NCBI GenBank assembly: GCA_965203015.1
Contig: CBDBBM010000023.1
Span: 64,308 to 128,307 of the forward strand
Length of the DNA stretch: 64,000 bases
Direction: 5' to 3'
DNA from: Chloroflexota bacterium
GTDB taxonomy: Bacteria > Chloroflexota > UBA11872 > VXNJ01
The stretch's first letter is position 1. Every line of letters starts with the position of its first letter. The notes under the pieces are model-generated. The model was given only the letters and a program-made list of their open reading frames with translations, made no database searches and was not told the DNA's origin. This document shows positions 20,351-30,240 of the stretch, one piece after another. The position numbers and the translations under genes are program-made.

Positions 20351-20685
20351 ACGGCGAATCGATCCCCGGCCGAGGGGATGTGATATGGGTCGATTTTTCA
20401 CCACCGGTTGGACTTGAGCAATCCGGCCGCCGGCCAGCGCTTGTGTTGAGTCCGCGCAACTACAACGAGCGCTCTAGCGTGGCATTGGCCTGTCCGATAT
20501 CCTCCCGAACTAGGGGTTGGCCGTTTGAGGTCAGGCGGCCGAGCGGCACCCCCGTCACAGGAGTAGTTTTGGCGGATCAGGTCCGCAGTTTGGACTGGAG
20601 CGCCCGAGGCGCAACTATCGGTGGACAGGTTCTTCGGACAGTTGTGGCAGATGTGCAGGAGAAGGTCCGCCTGCAGCTGGCGTAG
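20347..20685 (+). CDS. mazF: MazF/PemK-family endoribonuclease toxin
   Basis: ...GDVIWVDFSPPVGLEQSGRRPALVLS... classic PemK/MazF N-terminus; GTG start overlaps mazE stop (GTGA). Confidence 0.9.
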   Translation: MNGESIPGRGDVIWVDFSPPVGLEQSGRRPALVLSPRNYNERSSVALACPISSRTRGWPFEVRRPSGTPVTGVVLADQVRSLDWSARGATIGGQVLRTVVADVQEKVRLQLA

Positions 20686-20830
20686 CCTGCGAGTCGGCGA
20701 CGAGGGTGCGCCGCCTGCATATAAATTCGGAAGCGGTGACGGAGGCGCATTGAGTTGAACCGAGTTCAAATCAGGCTGCTTTACTTTGATCGGACCGGCA
20801 GCAGCGAACCCGCTGTCAGCTACAGGCCCC

Positions 20831-21685
20831 TCAAACTCCGGAATGCGGCGCAGCCGCTTTCCAGGCTCGCTTCGTATAGCTCCGGACCCGCAAACTCCCC
20901 CGGCACTTGGCGCACACCTGGCCGCGCCGGCGCACGTTGCGCCGCAGGGCCCATCCGCAGGCCGGGCAGGAAACGATGTAGCGCGGCGGCGCGAAAGCCG
21001 GGGCGCTGCAGAGGCGTTCGCCGGAGCAACCGATGGACCGGGCGATTTCTTTCCAGACGCGGTCGTGCTGGTGCTGCGGGCCGGCCAAGGCGTGCGCGAT
21101 CTCGTGCAGGATCGTCTCTTTCAGCTCCGAGTCGGTGGAATTGAGGCAGTAGAGTAGCGACAGGCCGATTACCTGGGTGTCGAAGTTGCATGCCCCGGCG
21201 CGGCCCGAGGCGTCGTCGAACTGGAAACTCCAGCCTTCCAGGTCATGTTCTGCCACCAGCTTCTCGGCTCGGGCAGCGGTTCGCTCCAGCCAAGTTACGC
21301 CGCGGCGCCCGGTTGCTTTCGACACTGCCCGCAATCCGGGGTAAGGCACGTCGAATTCGGCCTCGTCGTCGCAGACGATTCGCGCCCTTGTCGGCAGGTA
21401 TCGGGCGATGACGCCGGCAAGAACTTGGTCGCCGAAATCGAATCTCACCTTGTCGTCCGGTCGGAACCGGGCCTTGATGCGTTCGTCGCGGAGAAACAAT
21501 CGCTTCCGGGAACCTTCGCGGTTCGACCGCAGCAGCCCCCAGGGAACGTTCCACTCGGATCGTTCGGGGTCGATAACGATCGCCTTGCGGGCCATCTTGC
21601 GCGCAACGTGGCCGTGTACTCGGTCTTTTCCGCCGCGCTCGAAAACCACTGGATCGCCGACGGTTAAAGCTGTGACGCGCGCCAT
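20831..21685 (-). CDS. SprT-like zinc metalloprotease domain protein with C-terminal zinc ribbon and N-terminal tandem ~45-aa repeats
   Basis: ...ETILHEIAHALAGPQHQHD... HExxH zincin motif followed by CPACG...CAKC zinc ribbon (SprT architecture); N-terminal 130 aa contain two similar segments (GDPVVFERGGKDRVHGHV... / DKVRFDFGDQVLAGVIARYL...). Confidence 0.65.
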   Translation of the reverse strand: MARVTALTVGDPVVFERGGKDRVHGHVARKMARKAIVIDPERSEWNVPWGLLRSNREGSRKRLFLRDERIKARFRPDDKVRFDFGDQVLAGVIARYLPTRARIVCDDEAEFDVPYPGLRAVSKATGRRGVTWLERTAARAEKLVAEHDLEGWSFQFDDASGRAGACNFDTQVIGLSLLYCLNSTDSELKETILHEIAHALAGPQHQHDRVWKEIARSIGCSGERLCSAPAFAPPRYIVSCPACGWALRRNVRRRGQVCAKCRGSLRVRSYTKRAWKAAAPHSGV

Positions 21686-21886
21686 GGCTCAAGTATGCCG
21701 GCGGGTTGCGCTCATTCCGTCAGAGGCCGGTATTTACTGGCGTTGCTCGGTCGCCTTCGAGGTCGCCGAACAATGCGATGTGTTCGAAACCAGGCCAGCG
21801 GCCCTTTGCGCTTGAGCGCAAGGCCTTCCGGCCTCGGGCAAACGACGTGCCAGCCGGGAGACTCGTCCGGACGGTTACGCTCCTTT

Positions 21887-21912
21887 GGCCCCGCAGGAAT
21901 CGAACCGTGAAG
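21887..21912 (-). other. tRNA 3'-half-like fragment (T-loop GGTTCGATTCC + GCGGGGCCA), not a foldable complete tRNA
   Basis: minus-strand reads ...CACGGTTCGATTCCTGCGGGGCCAAAGG; canonical T-loop 11-mer present but no matching T-stem/acceptor 5' strand. Confidence 0.3.
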
Positions 21913-21941
21913 CCATGTGTCCGCCAAGTGACGGCCGACGA

Positions 21942-22253
21942 CTAGAGCGCCCCGCGTTGCTCGCCGCGTTCGGCCCGGTGGAGGCTGGTTTCGCGCACCG
22001 CGATCGCCTCTTCACTGCCGAGCCCGGAGCTCGAACGCGCCCGCGCGCCGATCTCCAAGACCTCCGCCGAAGAGGCGATTCCCTTCAACTCCAGGATCGC
22101 CTCAATCAAGCCGTTTATCGTGCATCCTCGGCGCGCTGCTGCCTCTTGCAGCGCGAGGTGAGTCCGATCTGTCACATTTATCGTCAGCTTCCGCACGGTG
22201 TTCGTTCCCGAGGGCTGGTTTGGCAAATACAAAGCAATTGTCTTGACTGTCAA
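21942..22253 (-). CDS. ribbon-helix-helix (CopG/Arc/antitoxin-like) DNA-binding protein
   Basis: ...RKLTINVTDRTHLALQEAAARRGCTINGLIEAILEL... beta-strand/helix/helix pattern of RHH_1 family. Confidence 0.5.
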   Translation of the reverse strand: MTVKTIALYLPNQPSGTNTVRKLTINVTDRTHLALQEAAARRGCTINGLIEAILELKGIASSAEVLEIGARARSSSGLGSEEAIAVRETSLHRAERGEQRGAL

Positions 22254-22453
22254 GGCCAGAAGGGGTTGAGGCGATAAGGGTCCGGGGGAGAGCGGAACAG
22301 GGGAGGTCGGACGACGACCGGGCGGTGACCGCGGCGTCGCCTGCGCCGAACCCCCGTGACCACGGCAGGAATCGGTTTTCGGGCGCGGCTTCGCTAGGGA
22401 CCCTGTCCCGGCCCTACAGGAGGCGGGGCGCTCGAGAAGCCGGCTGCCGGTTT

Positions 22454-23780
<1,327 letters not shown>

Positions 23781-23963
23781 ACCCGGCTGATTCGCGATCC
23801 TCGGCCAGGGCGGTAGCGCCAATCACTCTGATTGCGTCGCTACCTCGCCCCTAACCGATGGGCTCCGGTAACCGCCTCGATTCAGCGCGGGTTTTTTTGC
23901 GGAGAACACCGGGCGCGCCGGGGGTTTACCCGGATCCGGCGCGGCCTTCATTCCGTGCCTGTG

Positions 23964-24006
23964 GCTTTCAAAAGCGGCAAGGGGCCCTCCGCCGGAGGGC
24001 CCCTTG
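23964..24006 (-). terminator. rho-independent terminator of glnK-amt operon
   Basis: 12-bp GC stem caaggggccctcc/ggagggccccttg, on minus strand followed by GCTTTTG. Confidence 0.65.
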
Positions 24007-24055
24007 CGTGTAACCAATGGATTTGGCCGGCAGGGCCGGCACAAAGGTTTGGCCT

Positions 24056-25429
24056 CTAGAAGTTCGACTCCCCGTATCCGAACACGCCGTGTTCGTGGAT
24101 GTCGAGGCCGTCAAGCTCTTCCACCGGCTCGGCGCGCAGGCCGACGGTGTACTTGATCGCCAGGAAGAGGACCAGGCAGGTGGCGCCGACCCAGACGATC
24201 GAGGCTGCCGAACCCAGCGCCTGAACAGCGAGCTGTTCGAAGTCGCCGTTGATGAACAGGCTGCCTTCCGGCCCGCCGAACTTGGGATCGGCGAACAGGC
24301 CCACGGCCAGGGTTCCCCAGATTCCGACCACACCGTGTACGGCGATGGCGCCGACCGGGTCGTCGACCTTGAGGATCTTGTCGATGAAGGCCACGCCGAC
24401 CACTACCAGGCCGCCACCGACCAGGCCGATGATGACCGCGGCCCAGGTGTCGACCCAGCCGCACGGGGCGGTGATGGCGACCAGGCCGGCCAGAGCGCCG
24501 TTACCGATCATGCCGACGTCGGGCTTGCCGTTGTAGAGCCAGGAGACCGCCATGGCGGCTACTGCACCGGCTGCGGCGGCGAGGTTGGTCACCACGATGA
24601 CGCTGGCAAAGTCCTGGCCGACCGCGGTAAGCGTGGATCCGCCGTTGAACCCGAACCAGCCGAACCAGAGGATGATCACGCCGGCGATCGCGAGCGGGAT
24701 CGAGTGTCCCGGAATCACGTTGACCGATCCGTCCTCGGAGTACTTGCCCAGGCGGGGACCCAGGATCGCGGCTCCGACCAGGGCGGCCACGCCGCCGGTG
24801 GTGTGGACTACGGTTGATCCGGCAAAGTCCCAGAAGCCGAGCTCGGCCAGCCAGCCTCCGCCCCAGACCCAGTGGCCCACTACCGGGTAGATGAACCCGG
24901 TGAGGACGACCGCGTAGATCAGATAGGCGCGGAAGTGGGTGCGCTCGGCCATCGCCCCGGAGACGATGGTGGCGGCGGTTGCCGCAAACACGACCTGGAA
25001 GAACCAGTCGGTCGAGAACTGCGAGTCGCCGACCGCGATCAGGAAATCAGACGTGCCGACAATCCCGCCGGCGGATTCGCCGTACATGAACGCCCAGCCG
25101 ATAGCCCAGTACGAGATCAGGCCGACCGACATGTTCATCAGGTTCTTGGCACAGATGTTGGCGGCGTTCTTGGTGCGGGTGAACCCGGTCTCCACCAAGG
25201 TGAATCCACCGTGCATGAAGAAGACCAGCGCCCCGGCCATGACGATCCAGAGCTGGTCGACGGTGGCGGTCAGGGTAACGATCGCGTCTTCTTCCTGGGC
25301 CAGGGCCAGGGCCGGCAGCAGCAGGGCGGCCAGTATCGCCCCGGCCAGGGCGAACAGGTAGCGTGACGAGAAAAGGAAGCTGAGCGGCGGGCGCATTGCT
25401 ACCGCGCGCGCAGCGGCTACGGCGGTCAT
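24056..25429 (-). CDS. amt: ammonium transporter
   Basis: 457 aa, signal peptide + 11 TM; Amt/MEP signature ...DFAGSTVVHTTGGVAALVGAAILGPRLGKY... Confidence 0.95.
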   Translation of the reverse strand: MTAVAAARAVAMRPPLSFLFSSRYLFALAGAILAALLLPALALAQEEDAIVTLTATVDQLWIVMAGALVFFMHGGFTLVETGFTRTKNAANICAKNLMNMSVGLISYWAIGWAFMYGESAGGIVGTSDFLIAVGDSQFSTDWFFQVVFAATAATIVSGAMAERTHFRAYLIYAVVLTGFIYPVVGHWVWGGGWLAELGFWDFAGSTVVHTTGGVAALVGAAILGPRLGKYSEDGSVNVIPGHSIPLAIAGVIILWFGWFGFNGGSTLTAVGQDFASVIVVTNLAAAAGAVAAMAVSWLYNGKPDVGMIGNGALAGLVAITAPCGWVDTWAAVIIGLVGGGLVVVGVAFIDKILKVDDPVGAIAVHGVVGIWGTLAVGLFADPKFGGPEGSLFINGDFEQLAVQALGSAASIVWVGATCLVLFLAIKYTVGLRAEPVEELDGLDIHEHGVFGYGESNF

Positions 25430-25764
25430 AGGGCGTCCCTTCCCCGTTGCTGGGTGCGAATCCGGACGACGTCTTCAATCGGATAGATGAAGATCTTCCC
25501 GTCGCCCACTTCGCCGGTGTAGGCGTGTTCGCAGATGAGCGCGACCAGTTGATCGACACTTTCCTCGTGGATGATCATCTCGACCTTGATCTTGGGCCGG
25601 AACACTATCGACGCCCGCACGCCGCGGTACGTCTCGGTGTATCCGCGCTGCGATCCGGCGCCGCGCACTTCGCTCACGCTCATGCCGTGAAAACCGGCCT
25701 TGTCGAGCGCGTCACGAAGCGGCTCGAGCACCTCGTGGCGGATGATGGCCTCAATTTTTTTCAT
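25426..25764 (-). CDS. glnK: nitrogen regulatory protein P-II
   Basis: 112 aa; MKKIEAIIRHEVLEPLRDALDKAGFHGMSVSEVRGAGSQRGYTETYRG... with T-loop Tyr51; overlaps amt start by 4 bp. Confidence 0.95.
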   Translation of the reverse strand: MKKIEAIIRHEVLEPLRDALDKAGFHGMSVSEVRGAGSQRGYTETYRGVRASIVFRPKIKVEMIIHEESVDQLVALICEHAYTGEVGDGKIFIYPIEDVVRIRTQQRGRDAL

Positions 25765-26088
25765 TCGTCTCCTCTCAAACTTTGAAGACTCCGCGGCAAT
25801 GGATGCCGCGGCGGGTGCGGTCGCCGGTCAGAGATTAGTCGGAGCCGGCGGTCGCGATTGTGCCGGGCAGTTGGCGGGTTGCCGTCGCGCTGGGGCGGGC
25901 TGCCGGGCATTGGTTGGTAGATGGCCGAACTTGGCCTGTGAACCGCTTGCGACGGTCCTCCCCGGAAGGGAATGGGGTTTCGGGTCGTCTTGACCCGATC
26001 TACACCGGCTGGGCGTGTAGACGGCGGCGTTCCGATTCGTCGACGGAAGAGGGCGGGACTGCTTCGTCCGGCGCGCCCTGTCGCAGCC

Positions 26089-26120
26089 GTTACTGCTAAG
26101 TGGCCAAATGTTAGCAGTAC
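26089..26120. promoter_or_regulatory. operator-like inverted repeat gTTACTGCTAA-N11-TTAGCAGTAc in glnK / zinc-ribbon divergent intergenic region
   Basis: 9/10-bp perfect inverted arms in an AT-richer patch; contains GTTAC-n6-GTGGC-n5-GTTAG resembling GlnR half-sites. Confidence 0.35.
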
Positions 26121-26204
26121 GGGCGGCCCGGCCGCAAAACCCTTTAAAGTTGTTTGGCAGGCGGCGTAGGCCGCCCCACTGCCGCGCACAGACCGGTAAT
26201 CGAC

Positions 26205-26555
26205 ATGCGATGTCCTGACTGCGATCACGAAAACACCAGCGGTGCCTGGCTCTGCATCAACTGCGGAGCCAAGCTGCCGCGCGAGGGCCAGGCCGCGCCT
26301 TCGTCCGAGGAGAGCGAAGAACCCGCAGCCGATGAGCCGAGCCGCTTCGAGCCGGCGATTTCGGAGAACCTGCGGCGACTGCGCGAACGCGCCCAGCGCC
26401 CGACCCGCCCCTCCCGCAGCAGCGCCCGTCGCCCCTCCCCGCGCGGTGTGCCCCAGCTGTCGCAGGGCACCATTCTGGGCCTGCACTGGACTTTCTGGGC
26501 AGTGGCGATATTCGTGTTCGTCGTGATCGCCATGGTGCTCTCAAACCTGCAGTAG
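26205..26555 (+). CDS. zinc-ribbon domain protein with C-terminal transmembrane helix
   Basis: MRCPDCDHEN...WLCINCGAKL... C4 zinc ribbon; Pro/Arg/Ser-rich linker; C-terminal ...WAVAIFVFVVIAMVL... Confidence 0.5.
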   Translation: MRCPDCDHENTSGAWLCINCGAKLPREGQAAPSSEESEEPAADEPSRFEPAISENLRRLRERAQRPTRPSRSSARRPSPRGVPQLSQGTILGLHWTFWAVAIFVFVVIAMVLSNLQ

Positions 26556-26658
26556 TAGCAGGTCCTAGACACCGGATTTGGCGTAAACTTTAGCCGGGAA
26601 GAACCAAACCCAACCGCGCCTTCAGTGAGGAAGGCCGGTTCCGCTCAACCGTATCGAG

Positions 26659-26695
26659 CCTCGCGACATGGGCGGTCGCGAGGTTTTTTCTTTTG
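26659..26695 (+). terminator. rho-independent terminator
   Basis: cctcgcgac-atgggcg-gtcgcgagg hairpin followed by TTTTTTCTTTT. Confidence 0.6.
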
Positions 26696-26730
26696 GCGCC
26701 GGCAAAGGCGATAAGAAAGGCAAACAATTC

Positions 26731-28162
26731 ATGAGTGATCGTTCCGAGCAGATCCAACGGGTGTTGCGCATGGCGCGCGATGCCGACTGTCGATTTGTCG
26801 ACCTGCGCTTCACCGACCTGCCGGGAACCTGGCAGCACTTTTCGATGCCGATCAGCTACCTGGACGAGGACCTCTTCGCCGACGGCGCCGGATTCGACGG
26901 TTCCAGCGTGCGCGGATTCCAGGCGATCAACGAATCCGACATGCTGGTGATACCGGACCCCTCGACCGCGTTCGTTGACCCGATCCTCGAGGCCCCGACG
27001 CTGGTGATGACCTGCGATATCGAAGACCCGCTGACCCGCGAGCGCTACTCGCGTGACCCGCGCAACATCGCCGCCAAAGCGGTGGCGCACCTTGCCGGGA
27101 CCGGCATTGCCGACTCCAGCTTCTGGGGCCCGGAAGCCGAATTCTTCGTTTTCGACCACGTCAGTTTCGACGAGTCCGCCAACGGCTCCTTCTTCACCGT
27201 CGATTCGGAAGAAGGAATCTGGAATTCAGGCCGCCCGGACCAGAACCTGGGCCACCGGCCGCGCCACAAAGAGGGTTACTTCCCGGTACCGCCCAACGAC
27301 TCGCAGCAGGACCTGCGCTCCAGGATGGTGACCGCGCTGCTGGACATCGGCATTGACGTTGAGGTCCATCACCACGAGGTCGCCACTGCCGGACAGGCCG
27401 AGATCGACCTCAAGTACGCGCCGCTGGTCGAGCAGGCCGACAACATGATGATTTACAAATACATCATCAAGAACGTCGCCCGCCAGAGCGGCCACACGGT
27501 GACCTTCATGCCCAAGCCGGTGCTGGGCGACAACGGGTCCGGGATGCACTGCCACCAGAGCCTGTGGAAAGACGGCGAACCGCTCTTCTACGGCGGCCCG
27601 GAAAAGTACGCCATGCTCTCCGACACCGCCCGCTGGTATATCGGCGGACTGCTCAAGCACGCCGCCTCGCTGCTTGCCTTCTGCGCGCCCACGACCAACT
27701 CCTACAAGCGCCTGGTGCCCGGGTTCGAGGCGCCGGTGAACCTGGTCTACTCGCAGCGCAACCGTTCCGCGTGCGTGCGAATCCCGACGTATTCATCCTC
27801 ACCGGCGGCGCGCCGGGTTGAGTTCCGATCGCCCGATCCCACCGCCAACCCCGTACCTGGCGTTTTCGGCCATGCTTATGGCCGGACTCGACGGTGTGAT
27901 CAACAAGATCGAGCCGCCCGACCCGGTGGATGAGGACATCTACGAAATGTCGGCCGAGGAACTGTCTGAGATCGCCTCGGTTCCGGGATCGCTGGAGGAA
28001 TCGCTCAACGCGCTCGAGGCCGATCACGACTACCTGCTGGTCGGCGACGTGTTCACCCCCGACGTGATCGAGACCTGGCTTGAGTACAAGCGCACCGAGG
28101 AAGTCGACGAGCACCGTCTGCGGCCGACCCCGTGGGAGTTCCACAAGTACTACGACGCGTAG
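26731..28162 (+). pseudogene. glnA: glutamine synthetase type I, interrupted by +1 frameshift in a CCCC run at ~27848-27851 (possibly a sequencing artefact)
   Basis: [32 protein letters not shown]... through ...[13 protein letters not shown] then out of frame; the C-terminal ...[24 protein letters not shown]... continues in the +1 frame (ORF 27818..28162); removing one C restores ...[11 protein letters not shown]... Confidence 0.85.
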
Positions 28163-28216
28163 GCTGCCAGAACCCGACCGACCCGAGCCAATAGGCGCGG
28201 ACATCGAGTAACCAAA

Positions 28217-28257
28217 ACCCCGCCGATCCGGTAAAGGATCGGCGGGGTTCGGCTTTT
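28217..28257 (+). terminator. rho-independent terminator downstream of glnA
   Basis: cccgccgatcc-ggtaaa-ggatcggcggg hairpin followed by TTCGGCTTTT. Confidence 0.65.
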
Positions 28258-29007
28258 AGCCCCAAGCGCGGATTGCTGCCGCACCCTGGGTGGTGTTCTG
28301 AAATCGGGTCGACGCCCGGCCCAATTCCCCTAATGTTCGGGGTGATGACGACCCGCGTCTTTTGCGGTTGCCTGTGGGCCGCTTGGTCCGGAAGCCTGGT
28401 TGCTCAGAGAACCCGATTCTCGAACTGGTCACGAAGGGGACAAGCGGCTTCCACCGCGACTTTGAGTTGATCGAATCGGCAAGACGCGGCGATTTGCTTG
28501 AGAGCGGTCAGCCCAATGGTCTGCTGTAGTTTTGGCAGCTTGGATTCGGGCACGACGAATAACTCCCACTGCTCCGGATCGCCCTGATCTGCCGATCCCT
28601 TTTTGCGCTGGCCGTGCCAGGCGAATGCATAAATGCCGGCGGGCCGCGAAGGTTCCGGAAACTAAATCCAGCCGCCGCCATCTCTCGGCCAATACCCCGA
28701 GCGCGGGGCGAAATCGAACTTGGCTTTGGTGCGGCGGTCGGGCGCGAACTCTGTCCGGCCCCAGGATTGCCGGGCCGCCGACTGCTTGACCTCGATGCGA
28801 ACGCCGGATGCGTGCTCGATGTCCCACGGGACCCAGTCCCAACCGTCCGTCCAGGTGAGCACCGCCCAATTGCGGCCCCGCGAACCCTGCGCGGTTGCCG
28901 GTTCGGGAATGGCATCATCCCGAAAATTGGGACTATGCTCCACGGCCTGATGCGCGATTAGCGCGGACGGCTCGAATCGTTTCCTCCGTGCAGCTAGCGG
29001 GTGTACC

Positions 29008-30153
29008 TTGAGCGAATTGAACATATCGCTGGGTGTCGAAGAAGAGTTTTTCCTCGTCGACCCAGAATCCCGCGACCTGCTGGCCGATCCGGATGTCCGG
29101 ATATTCGAGGCCTGCGACGCCAACCGGGGACCGCACAAGATCGTGCGCGAATTCCTGCGCGCCCAGATCGAGACGAACACGCGGATTTGCCACTCCGTTG
29201 CCGAGGCCCGCACGGCGTTGCTGGAAACCCGGCGGATCGTGATCGAAGCGGCGGAGGCCTACGGCGCTGCCGTGATGGCCGCTTCGACCCACCCGTTCGC
29301 CGACTGGCGGGCCCAGGCGCCGACGCCGCGCGAACGCTACGAGCGGTTCACGGTCACCTACCAGGAGAGCGTGCGCCGGTTCCTGATAGGCGGCATGCAC
29401 GTCCATGCCGGGTTCGGCGATCCGGACTCACGCATCAGAATCATGACCGCGATGCGGCGCTACCTGCCGATCCTGCATGCGCTGTCGGCCACCTCGCCCT
29501 TCATCGAAGGTCACGAGACCGGTTTCAAGTCCTACCGCCTCAATCTCGTGGGCAACCTGCCGCGCACCAGCCTTCCCGGTCCGCTGCGGTCCCGCGCCGA
29601 GTACGACCAGCTCGTGGCCGACTACCGGCGCATGGACTTTATTTCGGACGGCAGCGAACTCTGGTGGGACATTCGCCCCTCCAATTCGTTCCCGACGATC
29701 GAATTGCGCATCTGCGACATCTGTACCCACGTTGATGACGCGATGTGCATGGTGGCCCTGTACGCTTCTCTGATCCGCTGGCTGCTGCGCCAGGACCAGG
29801 CCGGCGGGTTGCCGCCGGAGCCGCCCACCGAGATCATCGCCGAAAACCGCTGGCTCGCCCAGCGCTACGGCGTGCTGGCGTTTTTGGGAGACGTGAGCGG
29901 CGGCGGACGCAAAGACATCATGGAATGCACCCAGGAACTGGTGGACATGCTGGCCGAGGATGCCGGTGAATTGGGCTGCGAAGCCGAGGTTCGCCACGCG
30001 CTCGAGATCATCCGGGTGGGTACCGGCGCCGACCGGCAGGTGGACCTGTATCGACTCAGGCGGCTCGAAGGCGATTCACACGAGGACGCGCTGCTGCGCG
30101 TGGTGGACATGGTCCTTGACGAGACCCGCGCCAGCATCGGCGCGGCGGCCTGA
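29008..30153 (+). CDS. carboxylate-amine ligase, YbdK/glutamate-cysteine ligase 2 family
   Basis: 381 aa; N-terminal ...LGVEEEFFLVDPESRDL... hallmark of GCS2/YbdK enzymes. Confidence 0.85.
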   Translation: MSELNISLGVEEEFFLVDPESRDLLADPDVRIFEACDANRGPHKIVREFLRAQIETNTRICHSVAEARTALLETRRIVIEAAEAYGAAVMAASTHPFADWRAQAPTPRERYERFTVTYQESVRRFLIGGMHVHAGFGDPDSRIRIMTAMRRYLPILHALSATSPFIEGHETGFKSYRLNLVGNLPRTSLPGPLRSRAEYDQLVADYRRMDFISDGSELWWDIRPSNSFPTIELRICDICTHVDDAMCMVALYASLIRWLLRQDQAGGLPPEPPTEIIAENRWLAQRYGVLAFLGDVSGGGRKDIMECTQELVDMLAEDAGELGCEAEVRHALEIIRVGTGADRQVDLYRLRRLEGDSHEDALLRVVDMVLDETRASIGAAA

Positions 30154-30240
30154 ATCCGGGCGGACCGTCTCTGCGGTAAGTCACCGGCGATCGGCGTTCA
30201 AGCAGCTGCGCGACGGATCGTCAGCTCCCTGCAGCACGAC

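Noticed and set aside
20398-20769. 123-aa minus-strand ORF overlapping mazF
   Set aside because: Antisense to a clear MazF CDS; no motifs.
21695-21945. Small ORFs (71-79 aa) between the RHH and SprT-like genes
   Set aside because: No start/RBS context or motifs; overlap the tRNA-like fragment; likely non-coding spacer.
21840-21960. Possible complete tRNA gene
   Set aside because: Only T-loop plus 3' acceptor-like sequence present; no acceptor 5' strand, D-arm or anticodon arm can be paired, so kept only as a fragment.
28508-28918. 136-aa minus-strand ORF in the glnA-ybdK gap
   Set aside because: Arg/Pro/Ser-rich low-complexity translation without hydrophobic core; probably non-coding.
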